Shown piece by piece: positions 1 through 8,804 of a stretch of DNA of 26,701 nucleotides (position 1 is the first letter of the stretch; each line of letters starts with the position of its first letter). The notes under the pieces are model-generated. The model saw only the letters and a program-made list of their open reading frames with translations, made no database searches and was not told the DNA's origin. The DNA is from a virus (taxonomy: Duplodnaviria; Caudoviricetes), in the IMG/VR virus record IMGVR_UViG_3300032897_000025, positions 1 to 26,701 of that record; one strand, 5' to 3'. A program made the position numbers and the translations under genes.

Positions 1-289
1 CGGACCAGGTTATCCCGGCCTAGCCTGCAGGCAGCGGCCGCTCACCGGCTGGTGAGCGGCCGGTTGCCGTGCCTGCCGCCTGGCTATTGCCTGGTCACTT
101 ACCTGGCCAGATGCTCAGCGTGACAGTGAGAGCCAGACGCGCGCGACCGGTTATAGTCAGTTGCCGGCACTCGCGTTTGCCGGTGAGCGCGTGACTCAGA
201 GCCTCAGTTTTCAGAGCACCGGTATACCGTTACCAAGTTGTCACACGATGTGATTGCATTGCGAGAAAATCTGGCCGCTCACATCGCAT

Positions 290-334
290 TGTGGTATATT
301 TGCTCTAACAGCGGAAACCAGGAATGGAGAGCAG
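290..334 (+). promoter_or_regulatory. Cassette promoter/leader copy 1 (extended -10 plus purine-rich leader/RBS)
   Basis: TGTGGTATATT at 290-300, then ...CAGCGGAAACCAGGAATGGAGAGCAG before GTG at 335; near-identical to copies at 1316 and 11281. Confidence 0.85.
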
Positions 335-637
335 GTGGACGCAACCACGGTCGGTTACATCGACCTCGACGGCAGCGACTGGCGCGATGAGGGTGTCGTT
401 TTCGACGACCACATCGGCATCTCAACGATGGTACCGGGCGACAGCATCGCCGCTCTCGTCACGGTCAGGCTGTTTACCGCACTCAGCGCCGACGGCGCGG
501 TTGACCTGCCGGTCATCCGCGTCACCGGCACCGCGCCGCAGGTCCTGGCCTGGCTGCTCGACAACTGGACCGGTGGCGACCTGCAGGCCGCGCTGGACTG
601 CCTGTCTGATGAGCAGTTCCAGGTTATCTCTCAGTAG
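335..637 (+). CDS. Hypothetical protein (plus-strand cassette)
   Basis: In frame with ORF 254..637; GTG at 335 follows GGAGAG RBS. Confidence 0.75.
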   Translation: MDATTVGYIDLDGSDWRDEGVVFDDHIGISTMVPGDSIAALVTVRLFTALSADGAVDLPVIRVTGTAPQVLAWLLDNWTGGDLQAALDCLSDEQFQVISQ

Positions 638-650
638 AGAAGAGACAGTC

Positions 651-827
651 ATGGAAATCGAAATCAAGCTGAAGGTCGATATTTTCCGGGACGACCTCGA
701 CCGTGATTCCATGGAAATGTTCATGGGAATGGTTCAGGAAGGCGCCAACGCCGCTGTCCAAGCCGCTAATGAGCGTATCTACGGCGCTTGTATCGTCGAC
801 GACCCGGAGATCATCATCCACCGCTGA
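651..827 (+). CDS. Small acidic hypothetical protein (MEIEIKLKVDIF...)
   Basis: ATG at 651 after AGAGAAGAGA, 13 nt past the previous stop; C-terminal part of ORF 324..827. Confidence 0.7.
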   Translation: MEIEIKLKVDIFRDDLDRDSMEMFMGMVQEGANAAVQAANERIYGACIVDDPEIIIHR

Positions 828-834
828 TGACGCG

Positions 835-1281
835 TTACCGGATCCCGGCTTCCTCACCGAACGCCCGGACCGCCGCGCCCCGGTACTTCTCGGCCCACCG
901 CCTCATCGCGGGCCGGACGTACGGGCGCGGCGGCAAACGCGTCTTGTGGCCGCGACCGGTGATGCCGCCGAGCTCCTGGATGCGAGCGTACACGGTCGTC
1001 GGCGCGATGTTCGTGATCCACTGACTGCCGCTCGAGTAGACGCGCGTCCGGCGCACCGACTCCCGCAGGCGGCCGGTGATGAGCGAGGGCGGGTCGGTGA
1101 AAGCGCGTGATGGCGTCTTCGTGCCGGGTGAGTGTGAGCTCCGGCTGAGCTCGAGCTTGACCGCTCGCTCGCCGACGGCTCCCATGCTCTCTGACGCCTG
1201 CTTTGCCGCGTCCGGCGCCACTTTGATGAGCCGGTCTAGCGCGGCCATCAGGTCATCGGTCGCGGTCGCGTTCCACGGCAC
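835..1281 (-). CDS. HK97 gp10-like / virion morphogenesis (neck, tail completion) protein
   Basis: TGRLRES, YARIQELGG and LPPRPYVRPA motifs typical of this family; GGAGG RBS upstream. Confidence 0.8.
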   Translation of the reverse strand: MPWNATATDDLMAALDRLIKVAPDAAKQASESMGAVGERAVKLELSRSSHSPGTKTPSRAFTDPPSLITGRLRESVRRTRVYSSGSQWITNIAPTTVYARIQELGGITGRGHKTRLPPRPYVRPAMRRWAEKYRGAAVRAFGEEAGIR

Positions 1282-1315
1282 GGTTCCTCCACAGTGGTGT
1301 ACATTGTCGCGCTGG

Positions 1316-1361
1316 CGTGGTATGATTTACCCATCAGCAGGAACCAGGAATGGAGAGCAAG
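1316..1361 (+). promoter_or_regulatory. Cassette promoter/leader copy 2
   Basis: CGTGGTATGAT-TTACCCATCAGCAGGAACCAGGAATGGAGAGCAAG before ATG at 1362. Confidence 0.85.
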
Positions 1362-1613
1362 ATGAGCACTGACGGCGAGATCACCGAAACTGTCATCAGC
1401 GACGAGTACCAGGTTGTCGAAGTCAGCTCAGATGGCAACGACATCGGGCCTCTGTCGTCCGGCCACTTCGAGATCGGCAGCGATGACGATGACCTCATCA
1501 CTCGAGAGCTGGCGGTTGCTTACGCCAAGCGCGTTACGAAGGCGATGGCCGATGCACCTTGCAAGACGGCGTATGTGGTCCGGCGAGTCACCGTGACGGC
1601 AGTCAGCTTCTGA
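1362..1613 (+). CDS. Hypothetical protein (plus-strand cassette)
   Basis: ORF 1350..1613, start reassigned to the ATG after GGAGAG. Confidence 0.75.
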   Translation: MSTDGEITETVISDEYQVVEVSSDGNDIGPLSSGHFEIGSDDDDLITRELAVAYAKRVTKAMADAPCKTAYVVRRVTVTAVSF

Positions 1614-1629
1614 GCTCCCAGCTTCAACT

Positions 1630-1659
1630 AGCGCCGGCAGCAGATACTGCCGGCGCTTT
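1630..1659. terminator. Hairpin between convergent genes (probable bidirectional terminator)
   Basis: AGCGCCGGCAG-CAGATA-CTGCCGGCGCT followed by TT. Confidence 0.7.
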
Positions 1660-1663
1660 CGCG

Positions 1664-1921
1664 TCAGCGCCTTCCTGGCGGCTCGCGCTGCGCCTCGCGC
1701 ATCTGCCGCTGGGCTGCTTCAGCTTCCGCCTGCTCGATCATGGGCCACCACGTCACGGCGTCGACCGACAAGTTGTCGGTCATCTCTTCCGTGAAGCCGT
1801 ACACCTTCGCGAAAAACCGCTTGGTGAGCACCTCAGGCGGCATCCGCTCCGGCAGCGGCAGGCTGTACTTGCCGTTGCTCAGGAAGAGGCCGCGGAGCCG
1901 GACGGCGTCTCGAGATTTGGG
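1664..1921 (-). CDS. Tail assembly chaperone -1 frameshift extension (GT form)
   Basis: Slippery C CCA AAT at 1921-1915; the -1 frame is open (SRDAVRLRGLF...KVYGFTEEMTDNLSVDAVTWWP...) to TGA at 1666-1664. Confidence 0.75.
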   Translation of the reverse strand, partial: PKSRDAVRLRGLFLSNGKYSLPLPERMPPEVLTKRFFAKVYGFTEEMTDNLSVDAVTWWPMIEQAEAEAAQRQMREAQREPPGRR

Positions 1922-2271
1922 GCTTCCATCACCTTGGCCAGGAACGGCGCGATCTGCTTCTCGAGCTGGTTGAAGTCGTCGAGGTCGAGCGCCTCACCGA
2001 ACGCGTCGCGGACATGCTCGTGCCACAGTGCCGAGTTACCGGTGCACTCCGGGCAGGCATGCCGGCTTGGCAGGTCGTCCGGCAGCGACCAGCTCTCAAC
2101 GAGGCGAGCGAGCAGCGCCGTCTCCATGAGAGAAAGGATGCCGGCTTGCGCTCGGCCATCTTGTGACACGCTGATGATACCCTGGACGGCGAACTTATCC
2201 TTCGCCTTCAGAGCGGTGCGAAGTGTGATCCCGGCGCCGCTCGGCAGCACCAGGTTGAGTGGCTCGGTCAT
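1879..2271 (-). CDS. Tail assembly chaperone (G form)
   Basis: Next minus-strand gene after the tail tube; LVESWSL motif; ends just after PN slippery site. Confidence 0.75.
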   Translation of the reverse strand: MTEPLNLVLPSGAGITLRTALKAKDKFAVQGIISVSQDGRAQAGILSLMETALLARLVESWSLPDDLPSRHACPECTGNSALWHEHVRDAFGEALDLDDFNQLEKQIAPFLAKVMEAPNLETPSGSAASS

Positions 2272-2351
2272 TCTTTTCCCATCATTGCGGTGTTAATGCG
2301 GTGATCCTGCATCACACTCAGCGAGCAGTTTGTTTACACGTCAGTCGCTGG

Positions 2352-2395
2352 TGTGGTATATTGATCTCAAATCAGGAACAGCGAGTGGAGAGAAA
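2352..2395 (+). promoter_or_regulatory. Cassette promoter/leader copy 3
   Basis: TGTGGTATATT-GATCTCAAATCAGGAACAGCGAGTGGAGAGAAA. Confidence 0.8.
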
Positions 2396-3202
2396 TTGCA
2401 CGTGACCGTGACGGAAAAGCAGCTGCAGGCTCGGCAGGATTACCTCAACAGCCTGACGGCTGGGCGGAAGATGTTCCGCATCAGCGAGCTCCAGCGAATG
2501 AAGCCGTCGTTCCAGCGCACGCTGAACAAGACGCACGTCAACGAGATCGTTCGCGACTGGCAAGTACACCGGTTTGACGATCCTGTCGTGTGCGTCTGCT
2601 CCGACGGCACGCATCTGCTCGATGACGGGCAGCATCGTGTGGAAGCCGCAGCACTCAAGCTCGGCGTGGACGCGGAACTGCTGTGCCGCGTCGTGCACAC
2701 CGATTTGCCCGGCAGTGAGTTCGTCGCTCTCAACTCAGCTCGGCGTGGCGTCACCGCTTACTGGAAGCACGCCGCACTGCTGTCAGACGGCGACACCACG
2801 GCTCTTGCCATCGACACTCTGCTTCGCAAGCACGGGTTCAGCATCAACCACGGCAGCGGGCCGTTCTACGTCAATGCTGTGAACACCGTCTACAACCTGC
2901 ACGAGCGAGACAGCGCATCTCTCGACCGCGCATTCAGCATTCTCGCTGAGATTATCAAGAAGCGCGATGGTGAGACCGGCTGGGTAAAGGCGAACGTCAT
3001 CCAGGCCGTCTGGTATGTCGTCAAGAACTACGAGTGCACCAACGCTCAGATGGTGCGTGGCCTGGCTAAGATCACCCCGGAGCGCGCAGCACCGCACAAC
3101 CAGAACGACCCGGCTCGCAACGCCGGCGACATCATCGTCGCTTACAACAAGCAGCTTCCGGAGCACCGGCGCATCAGCGTCATGAAGCCGAAGAGCAACT
3201 GA
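2396..3202 (+). CDS. ParB/Srx-like DGQHR-motif protein (DUF6551-like)
   Basis: FQRTL...DDGQHRVEAA...EFVALNSARR; start TTG 2396 or GTG 2402 after GGAGAG. Confidence 0.75.
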   Translation: MHVTVTEKQLQARQDYLNSLTAGRKMFRISELQRMKPSFQRTLNKTHVNEIVRDWQVHRFDDPVVCVCSDGTHLLDDGQHRVEAAALKLGVDAELLCRVVHTDLPGSEFVALNSARRGVTAYWKHAALLSDGDTTALAIDTLLRKHGFSINHGSGPFYVNAVNTVYNLHERDSASLDRAFSILAEIIKKRDGETGWVKANVIQAVWYVVKNYECTNAQMVRGLAKITPERAAPHNQNDPARNAGDIIVAYNKQLPEHRRISVMKPKSN

Positions 3203-3209
3203 AGCAGGC

Positions 3210-3237
3210 AAAGCCGCCCGCATCGCGGGCGGCTTTT
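3210..3237 (+). terminator. Intrinsic terminator
   Basis: AAAGCCGCCCGC-ATC-GCGGGCGGCTTTT. Confidence 0.8.
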
Positions 3238-3270
3238 CCGCCGTTGTTAATAACAGCAGGCAGCGCCGCC

Positions 3271-3285
3271 TGGTATTGTTGACTC
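3271..3285 (+). promoter_or_regulatory. Extended -10 for a leaderless HNH transcript
   Basis: TGGTATTGT 6 nt before GTG 3286; no RBS. Confidence 0.5.
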
Positions 3286-4158
3286 GTGGAAGAAACCTGG
3301 AAGCCGGTCGTCGGCCGTGAAGGCACTCACGAGGTGTCCGACTTGGGCAGAGTAAGAAAAATTAGCACCGGCTATATCTACACAAGCAGTGCTAAACAAG
3401 GGCAGTACCCGATGGCCATCGGCAGATACGTGCACCACATGGTCATGGAATCGTTCGTCGGTCCACGGTTGCCTGGCACAGAAGTTCGTCATAAAAATCG
3501 TGATACGACAAATCCGGCGCTGTCTAACCTCGAGTACGGCACTAGCAGTGACAACAAGCATGATCAAGTGAGAGATGGTACTCACCCGGAGGCTCGCCGG
3601 ACGCACTGTGATCACGGACACGAATACACGCCGGAGAACACCAAGCTCGAGTACAAGGACGACGGCTCGGTCAAGGCGCGCTGGTGCAAGACCTGCGGTA
3701 ACGACCGGTACAAAGCGTTCGTCAAGCGCCGAGAAGAAACGCGTGACAAGATCTGCGTTGAACCAGACTGCGATAAAACGCAGAGAGCTCGTGGATGGTG
3801 TAGTACGCACTACGCACAGTGGTACCGGAACCAGAAAAAGCAGGCGAACTTATTGGTAAAATTCTTACTAATAAGTTGGTACGTTGTTTATCAACGTGAT
3901 GGTCATCGGCCCGAGGCCGCCGGAACCGCCGACGTCGGTCGCGTTGGCGACGCACTGCAGCTCATCCTCGTACCCGAAGAGCACCGCGGACCGGTTCGGC
4001 TTGGCCTTGGTGAACGCGGCGACGCTGCTCGTCATGATGCATTGTATGTTGGCGGTGCCGGCGAGCCCGTTGTTGACCGTGACGGTAACCGACGGCTGCG
4101 TGTTGTTGAGCATGTTGAGCAGCGCAGTCTCGTCAGTCGACACGGTGTAGTGCAGTGA
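3286..4158 (+). CDS. Free-standing NUMOD4-HNH homing endonuclease with C-terminal Zn fingers
   Basis: ETWKPVVG..EVSDLGRVR (NUMOD4); VHHMV..FVG...VRHKN....NPALSNLEY (HNH_3); THCDHGHEYTPEN...CKTC and C..PDC......GWC..HY. The last ~97 codons are antisense to the tail tube gene. Confidence 0.9.
   Translation: MEETWKPVVGREGTHEVSDLGRVRKISTGYIYTSSAKQGQYPMAIGRYVHHMVMESFVGPRLPGTEVRHKNRDTTNPALSNLEYGTSSDNKHDQVRDGTHPEARRTHCDHGHEYTPENTKLEYKDDGSVKARWCKTCGNDRYKAFVKRREETRDKICVEPDCDKTQRARGWCSTHYAQWYRNQKKQANLLVKFLLISWYVVYQRDGHRPEAAGTADVGRVGDALQLILVPEEHRGPVRLGLGERGDAARHDALYVGGAGEPVVDRDGNRRLRVVEHVEQRSLVSRHGVVQ
3847..3877. terminator. AT-rich hairpin at the HNH/tail tube junction
   Basis: AACTTATTGGTAA-AATTC-TTACTAATAAGTT (13-bp stem, one G-T pair). 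Confidence 0.5.
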
Positions 4159-5142
4159 GAGAGTCGCGTCGAGGCTGCCGCGGCCGATCACGAACGGTGA
4201 CTGCGTGCCCTGCGCCGTCCAGTAGACCTGCAGTTCTCGCTTGATGCTGAACGCCCACTCACCGGCTTGCGTCATCGCCGTGCCGCCGACGGAGATCGTT
4301 GACTGCCACGCCGGCACCGGGACGACCGCGGATGGGTTGTTGAGCGGGACGGACGAGCCGGAAGCTGGCACGCTGAGCCAGCTGTTGCCGGTGACCTTCG
4401 CCTGGAAGAGCTGCTCAGTGTTGCCAGTCAGGTCGAGCTGGCTGATGCAGAGATATGGGTACGTCCGGGCGCCGGTGACGGCGGTAAGGCCGGTGTAGTC
4501 GGTCGCCGCGTGAACCGGTGGCTGGCCCGTGCCGTTCCACGACCCCTGCTGAAGAATGGCGAACCGGTGCGTGTATGGCCCCGTGACGGTGTTGACGGTG
4601 CTGCCGCTGGCGTGCGGGAACCGAAGTGGGGTGGTGGTGAAGCTGATGACGGAGCCGGCAGCGGTGCCGCTGACCACCACGACTTCGGCGGTGTTGCCGG
4701 TGCCGATCTGCATGAACGTGCCGGCGCTGTAGCCGGTCGCCGATGTGATGGTGCCGGATGTCGAGTACACCGCGGCAGTGCCGACGAGCGTCGCCGTGTT
4801 CGCAGGCGACGAGCCGATGGTGGACAGGTCACCGAAGGTGTTGTCGAAGAAGTAGCCCTCGATGTCACCGTAGAACGGGCCGCCGTAGCTGAACGTCGCG
4901 TCTTCAGGACCCTGGATCACGCTGTAGACGTGAGCCATGGAACCTCGGACCGCGGTGTCCATCAGCCAGCGAGGTGTGTCTTCCGGCTGGTAATCCGACT
5001 TGTCTAGCGGGATCGTCGAGGCGATGCCGGTGATGCCGGGGTACGTGTTCGGCAGGTCGGCGTTCCCCGGGACCAGAGACCGCGAAAGTCCCAGGAACGT
5101 CAGGTTAGTGGGTCTCACCGCAGTGAGTGACGCAGCGGTCAC
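3868..5142 (-). CDS. Major tail (tube) protein
   Basis: Gly/Thr-rich beta protein between tail terminator and chaperone; GAGGAGG RBS before GTG 5142 (in-frame upstream start at 5220 possible). Confidence 0.75.
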   Translation of the reverse strand: MTAASLTAVRPTNLTFLGLSRSLVPGNADLPNTYPGITGIASTIPLDKSDYQPEDTPRWLMDTAVRGSMAHVYSVIQGPEDATFSYGGPFYGDIEGYFFDNTFGDLSTIGSSPANTATLVGTAAVYSTSGTITSATGYSAGTFMQIGTGNTAEVVVVSGTAAGSVISFTTTPLRFPHASGSTVNTVTGPYTHRFAILQQGSWNGTGQPPVHAATDYTGLTAVTGARTYPYLCISQLDLTGNTEQLFQAKVTGNSWLSVPASGSSVPLNNPSAVVPVPAWQSTISVGGTAMTQAGEWAFSIKRELQVYWTAQGTQSPFVIGRGSLDATLSLHYTVSTDETALLNMLNNTQPSVTVTVNNGLAGTANIQCIMTSSVAAFTKAKPNRSAVLFGYEDELQCVANATDVGGSGGLGPMTITLINNVPTY

Positions 5143-5238
5143 TGGCCCCTCCTCATCATAGAGATAACCATCTTCTTCATCAAGAAGCGGCTCGTCAGAT
5201 TCATCATCGAGTGGCGGCACGGTAGTCCAGCAGTGTCG

Positions 5239-7083
5239 TCATGGCGACACCACCGCCGCCGGCGGCCCGTCCGTGTAGCCAAGCGAGCTCGCCAGGAACG
5301 TGGCGGGCAGTGACGACTGGCCGGTGATCCCGCCCCACGCCCACGGGGCGACGGCACCGAACCCGTAGTTGGGGTAGCCGACCGCCGCGACGGATGGCGG
5401 GGTGGTGCCCGTGAACAGCACCCCCAGCGCGTACCGCTGCCCCGCGTTCCGGGTGAAACTGCTCGTCAGCGTGAGGTCGTAGACGGTGTAGGCGCTGGTG
5501 AACGCGGTGGCGTGCACGTCGCCCGTGGACGCGAGCAGCTGCCCGTTCCCGCTGCTGTCAAGCTCGTAGACGCCCACGGCCGCGTAGGTGAGGCCGGAGC
5601 CCGCGGTGCCGGTCGTCGCCACCCGCACCGCGGTGGCCGTGCCGGACGTCGCCGCTACCCAGGAGGCGAGCGCGAGCGTCCCCGCCGCATAGGCCAGGCT
5701 CCCGTTCAGCGCGAACCGGGGCAGGATGCTCTCCCCGCTCGCCAGCGGCTCGGCCGCCGAGTAACGCGCCGGCGTGGTGACCGCCTCTGGCGGCAGGCCC
5801 TCCGCGGCGCCCGCGGCGAGCTTTCCGAGCAGCAGGTGGCCCAGGTCGGTCGGGTGGTAGTCGTCGATGTAGAGGACCCCGCCGTCGTAGTCGCTGGCGA
5901 CCGTCGGCATCCGGTAGTTGAGGTCGATGACCATCGCGCCAACGGTGTCCGCCACGGCGACGGAGCGGATGGCCGCCGCGTACGCCAGCCAGCCTCCGGT
6001 GTCCTGCACTGTCTCGTCCGCCTCGTACGGGATGACGAGGATGAGCGGCAGGGTGGCCAGCGCGGTGGCCGCGCCGCGGATCGTGGAGATGAGCCCTTGC
6101 AGGTCGGATGCGAACTGGGCGGCGGTCCGCCCGCCACCGGAACCGACGGAGGTGATCCGGGCGTCGTTGACGCCGAGCATGATCATCAACGCCGACGGGG
6201 TGGTCGGGAACCCGTTGGCGTAGCACTGCGCCCAGTTGAGGCTGTACGTCTCCGGCTGGTTCCAGCCGATCGACGTCTCCGTCCCGGCGCACCAGCCGAA
6301 GTGGCCGCAGCCGTGCAGCGTGATCCCGGAGTTCTCGTCGCCGGCGAAGTGCAGCAGCCCGTCCAGCACGATCCCGGTTCCGGCGGTGAACACGATCGTC
6401 AGGACGTCCCCGGCCACCATCGGGATGGAGGAGGTGAGCAGCTCTTTCCCGGTCATCGTGTTGGACACCGTCGTGGTGCTGCCCGAGTTGACCTTGTACG
6501 TGAAGCTGCCGGAATAGCCCACGTCGTAGTACATGATCTTGACCGACGTCGTCCCGGACGTGGCCGTGTACGTCCAGGTCGAGCCCGTCGCGCTGGTGAC
6601 GGTGCTGTTGCGCACCGGGCCCAGGTCGAACTCGGTCACCGCGCCGGCCGTTTGGGTGACAGGCCACGTGAACGTGTCCGAGCCGGCGCTCTGGATGGGG
6701 ATGAACCCGTACCCGCCGCCCGACCCGTTCGCCGTCGTCGGGTAGGCGGCTCGGATCGCGTTCTGCGCCTGCACCACCCACCGGTTAGCCCACAGGGACG
6801 CGCCCTGCCCCTCGGTGATCGAGTCGCCGAGCACGATGATGTCGCACCGCGCACTGTTGCGGTTCGCGATCGCCGCCCACAGGGACGTCAGGCCGACACC
6901 CGCCGCGGTGCCCTTCGCGAGCGAAGAAAGCTGGTCTCCAGCTTCAGCCGCGCCTGATGTTTTATCAGAGCCACCCGGCCCTGCGGGAGGTGTCGATGTG
7001 TCTGACACGTCCACCACCGGCACCAGATCACCACTCGCCAGAGTAGTCAGGTTTGAAAGCTGGCTGAGCTTGTAGCCGCTCAA
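5239..7083 (-). CDS. SGNH/GDSL esterase-domain virion protein
   Basis: GDSITEG (block I), LGVND (block III), DDYHP (block V); N-terminal KLSQLSNLTTLASGDLVPVVD typical of phage fibre/decoration proteins; GAGGAGG RBS. Confidence 0.85.
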   Translation of the reverse strand: MSGYKLSQLSNLTTLASGDLVPVVDVSDTSTPPAGPGGSDKTSGAAEAGDQLSSLAKGTAAGVGLTSLWAAIANRNSARCDIIVLGDSITEGQGASLWANRWVVQAQNAIRAAYPTTANGSGGGYGFIPIQSAGSDTFTWPVTQTAGAVTEFDLGPVRNSTVTSATGSTWTYTATSGTTSVKIMYYDVGYSGSFTYKVNSGSTTTVSNTMTGKELLTSSIPMVAGDVLTIVFTAGTGIVLDGLLHFAGDENSGITLHGCGHFGWCAGTETSIGWNQPETYSLNWAQCYANGFPTTPSALMIMLGVNDARITSVGSGGGRTAAQFASDLQGLISTIRGAATALATLPLILVIPYEADETVQDTGGWLAYAAAIRSVAVADTVGAMVIDLNYRMPTVASDYDGGVLYIDDYHPTDLGHLLLGKLAAGAAEGLPPEAVTTPARYSAAEPLASGESILPRFALNGSLAYAAGTLALASWVAATSGTATAVRVATTGTAGSGLTYAAVGVYELDSSGNGQLLASTGDVHATAFTSAYTVYDLTLTSSFTRNAGQRYALGVLFTGTTPPSVAAVGYPNYGFGAVAPWAWGGITGQSSLPATFLASSLGYTDGPPAAVVSP

Positions 7084-7122
7084 AAAACCTCCTCATCTAG
7101 CCCATTAGTCATCGCGCACGTC

Positions 7123-7635
7123 TTATGCCTGGAACACCTCGATGACTGGAACCGTCACCAGCCCGTCATACCGGTTGTAAGCCTGGTCACTCAACGCCCG
7201 CAGTGAGATCCGGTAGCTCATCTTCTCACCGATGTCGAGCAGCCATGACTGCTGCCCGGTTCTCGGGTCAACGGCGAGTGGCCGTTCCGGGCTCGTCCGC
7301 AGCGCCTGCATCACCTCATCAACGATCCCGGGAAAGACGGTGTCGGCGAGTGGGTCGTCGTCTTGCCCGAACCAGACCAGCCACACGTCGATGCTGTGCT
7401 CGATGTTCTTCCAGCCTGACGGCGTCCCCGGACCGGTGTTCCGAGGGACGGTGCCGCCCTTCTGAGCATCACGCGACTCTTCCCCGTCACTCGGCCAGAC
7501 GTATGCCGTCGGGATGTCCGCCTCGACGTTCGGATCCGGCGGTGTGATGTATGCTGCCAGTGCCGGCAGCGCATACGGCATCGGCAAGCCGTTGATAAGC
7601 TGCTGCAGGTACACCTGGACGGAGTTGATCGGCAT
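7123..7635 (-). CDS. Putative tail terminator / head-tail joining protein
   Basis: 170 aa; position between connector and tail tube. Confidence 0.6.
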   Translation of the reverse strand: MPINSVQVYLQQLINGLPMPYALPALAAYITPPDPNVEADIPTAYVWPSDGEESRDAQKGGTVPRNTGPGTPSGWKNIEHSIDVWLVWFGQDDDPLADTVFPGIVDEVMQALRTSPERPLAVDPRTGQQSWLLDIGEKMSYRISLRALSDQAYNRYDGLVTVPVIEVFQA

Positions 7636-7636
7636 C

Positions 7637-7780
7637 CTACCACCGTTCTCTGCCGCGGAAGATGACCACCGCCGCGATCACGATGAGCGCGATCGCAAGA
7701 GTGTCTGAGACCGGGACAAGCAGTGGGTGCCTGACCGCGTAGATGATAGCGAAGATGACGAGCCAGCACAGGACGCTCAT
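7637..7780 (-). CDS. Small two-helix membrane protein
   Basis: MSVLCWLVIFAIIYAV...LAIALIVIAAVVIFRG; fills the gap between two structural genes. Confidence 0.6.
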   Translation of the reverse strand: MSVLCWLVIFAIIYAVRHPLLVPVSDTLAIALIVIAAVVIFRGRERW

Positions 7781-7785
7781 CACGG

Positions 7786-8733
7786 TCAGACCACTCGCTT
7801 GAATGGTGCCAGCAATGACTGTGCTTGAGTGACGAGGTCTGAAGACTTCTGGTTGCCTGTCGACCCGCCAGCGCCCGGAATCGTCTGGACGGTCGTCGCC
7901 GTAGCTCCTCGAGTGAGTGCGATGCTCGACCCGAAGAGGATCGTCGCCCACATCACCGACTGCGGCAGCGTCGAGACGATGGTACTGACGGCGTGGTCGA
8001 ACGCCAGCGGTGATGCGAGCGTGAGCGTTCCCGGCCCGGAAGTAACGCTGCTGGCGGTAACCTGGACAAGCTCCTGCTGCCCGCTGTCGTAGACGGTGCC
8101 AGTCGCTCCGGTCACGTCGCTGAACGGGTTCGTAATCGCCCAGGCAGTGCAGTCATCAACGTGAAGCACGGTGTCGCCGGCTGACGCGGCTGCGGTCAGC
8201 CCGCAGTGAGGCCAGCCATTGTAATACTGGACTTGGACGAGCCAGCCGGACCGCCCCAGGCTCCAGTTCAGCCAGCCGGACTCGATGATGATGGCTTGCC
8301 CACCCTCACCGCCGGAAGACGGCGCCGTGGAACCGTACACGCCAATCGGCGGGTACTCCGGCTCATAGTGACTGGCGGGGATCACCGTCCACTGCCGTGG
8401 GAAATACGCGTCCGGTGCGATCTGAATGCTTACGATACCGAGCACTGGCCCGCGCTGCATGATGATACGGCCGTTGCGAGACCCAGACAAGACGGTCGCG
8501 CGGAAGTTCGGCCCGCGAAAGACCTCAGTGTCGAGCGTCGCTCGCAGCGGCTGGTTGCAGTACGCATCGACTTGCGACGTCGCTCGAGCGCAGATGTTCG
8601 ACTGCTCAGCGTACCGCTGTGCCGGTGTCACTCCCGACCCGGGTGGGATCGTCGACCAGGAGATGCCAGTCGGCGCAGCTGTCAGTACCTCCGGCGTGAC
8701 GTACGGCGAAAGCGGCCCGGTCGGCGTCGTCAT
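7786..8733 (-). CDS. Putative head-tail connector with inserted beta domain
   Basis: PYVTPE...ARATSQVDAYCNQPL...YYNGW...LPQSVMWATI...LLAPFKRV resembles adaptor proteins; alternative start 8751. Confidence 0.65.
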   Translation of the reverse strand: MTTPTGPLSPYVTPEVLTAAPTGISWSTIPPGSGVTPAQRYAEQSNICARATSQVDAYCNQPLRATLDTEVFRGPNFRATVLSGSRNGRIIMQRGPVLGIVSIQIAPDAYFPRQWTVIPASHYEPEYPPIGVYGSTAPSSGGEGGQAIIIESGWLNWSLGRSGWLVQVQYYNGWPHCGLTAAASAGDTVLHVDDCTAWAITNPFSDVTGATGTVYDSGQQELVQVTASSVTSGPGTLTLASPLAFDHAVSTIVSTLPQSVMWATILFGSSIALTRGATATTVQTIPGAGGSTGNQKSSDLVTQAQSLLAPFKRVV

Positions 8734-8756
8734 CGTGCTGGCACCGCCCATCGCAT

Positions 8757-8804
8757 TATGGTATAGTGATATCAGGAACAGAGCAGAGTGAGATGGAGAG
8801 CCAG
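8757..8804 (+). promoter_or_regulatory. Cassette promoter/leader copy 4
   Basis: TATGGTATAGT-GATATCAGGAACAGAGCAGAGTGAGATGGAGAGCCAG; preceded by CATCGCAT as in copy 1. Confidence 0.8.

Noticed and set aside
1559-2296. 245-aa plus-strand ORF
   Set aside because: Antisense shadow of the chaperone G/GT genes, and it crosses a terminator.
2396-3202. DGQHR protein as part of a Dnd phosphorothioation or ParABS system
   Set aside because: No dnd or parA genes or parS repeats in the window.
5512-6957. Long alternative ORFs (5512..6957 +, 5558..6781 -) over the SGNH gene
   Set aside because: R/G/P-rich shadow frames expected in high-GC coding DNA; no motifs or RBS.
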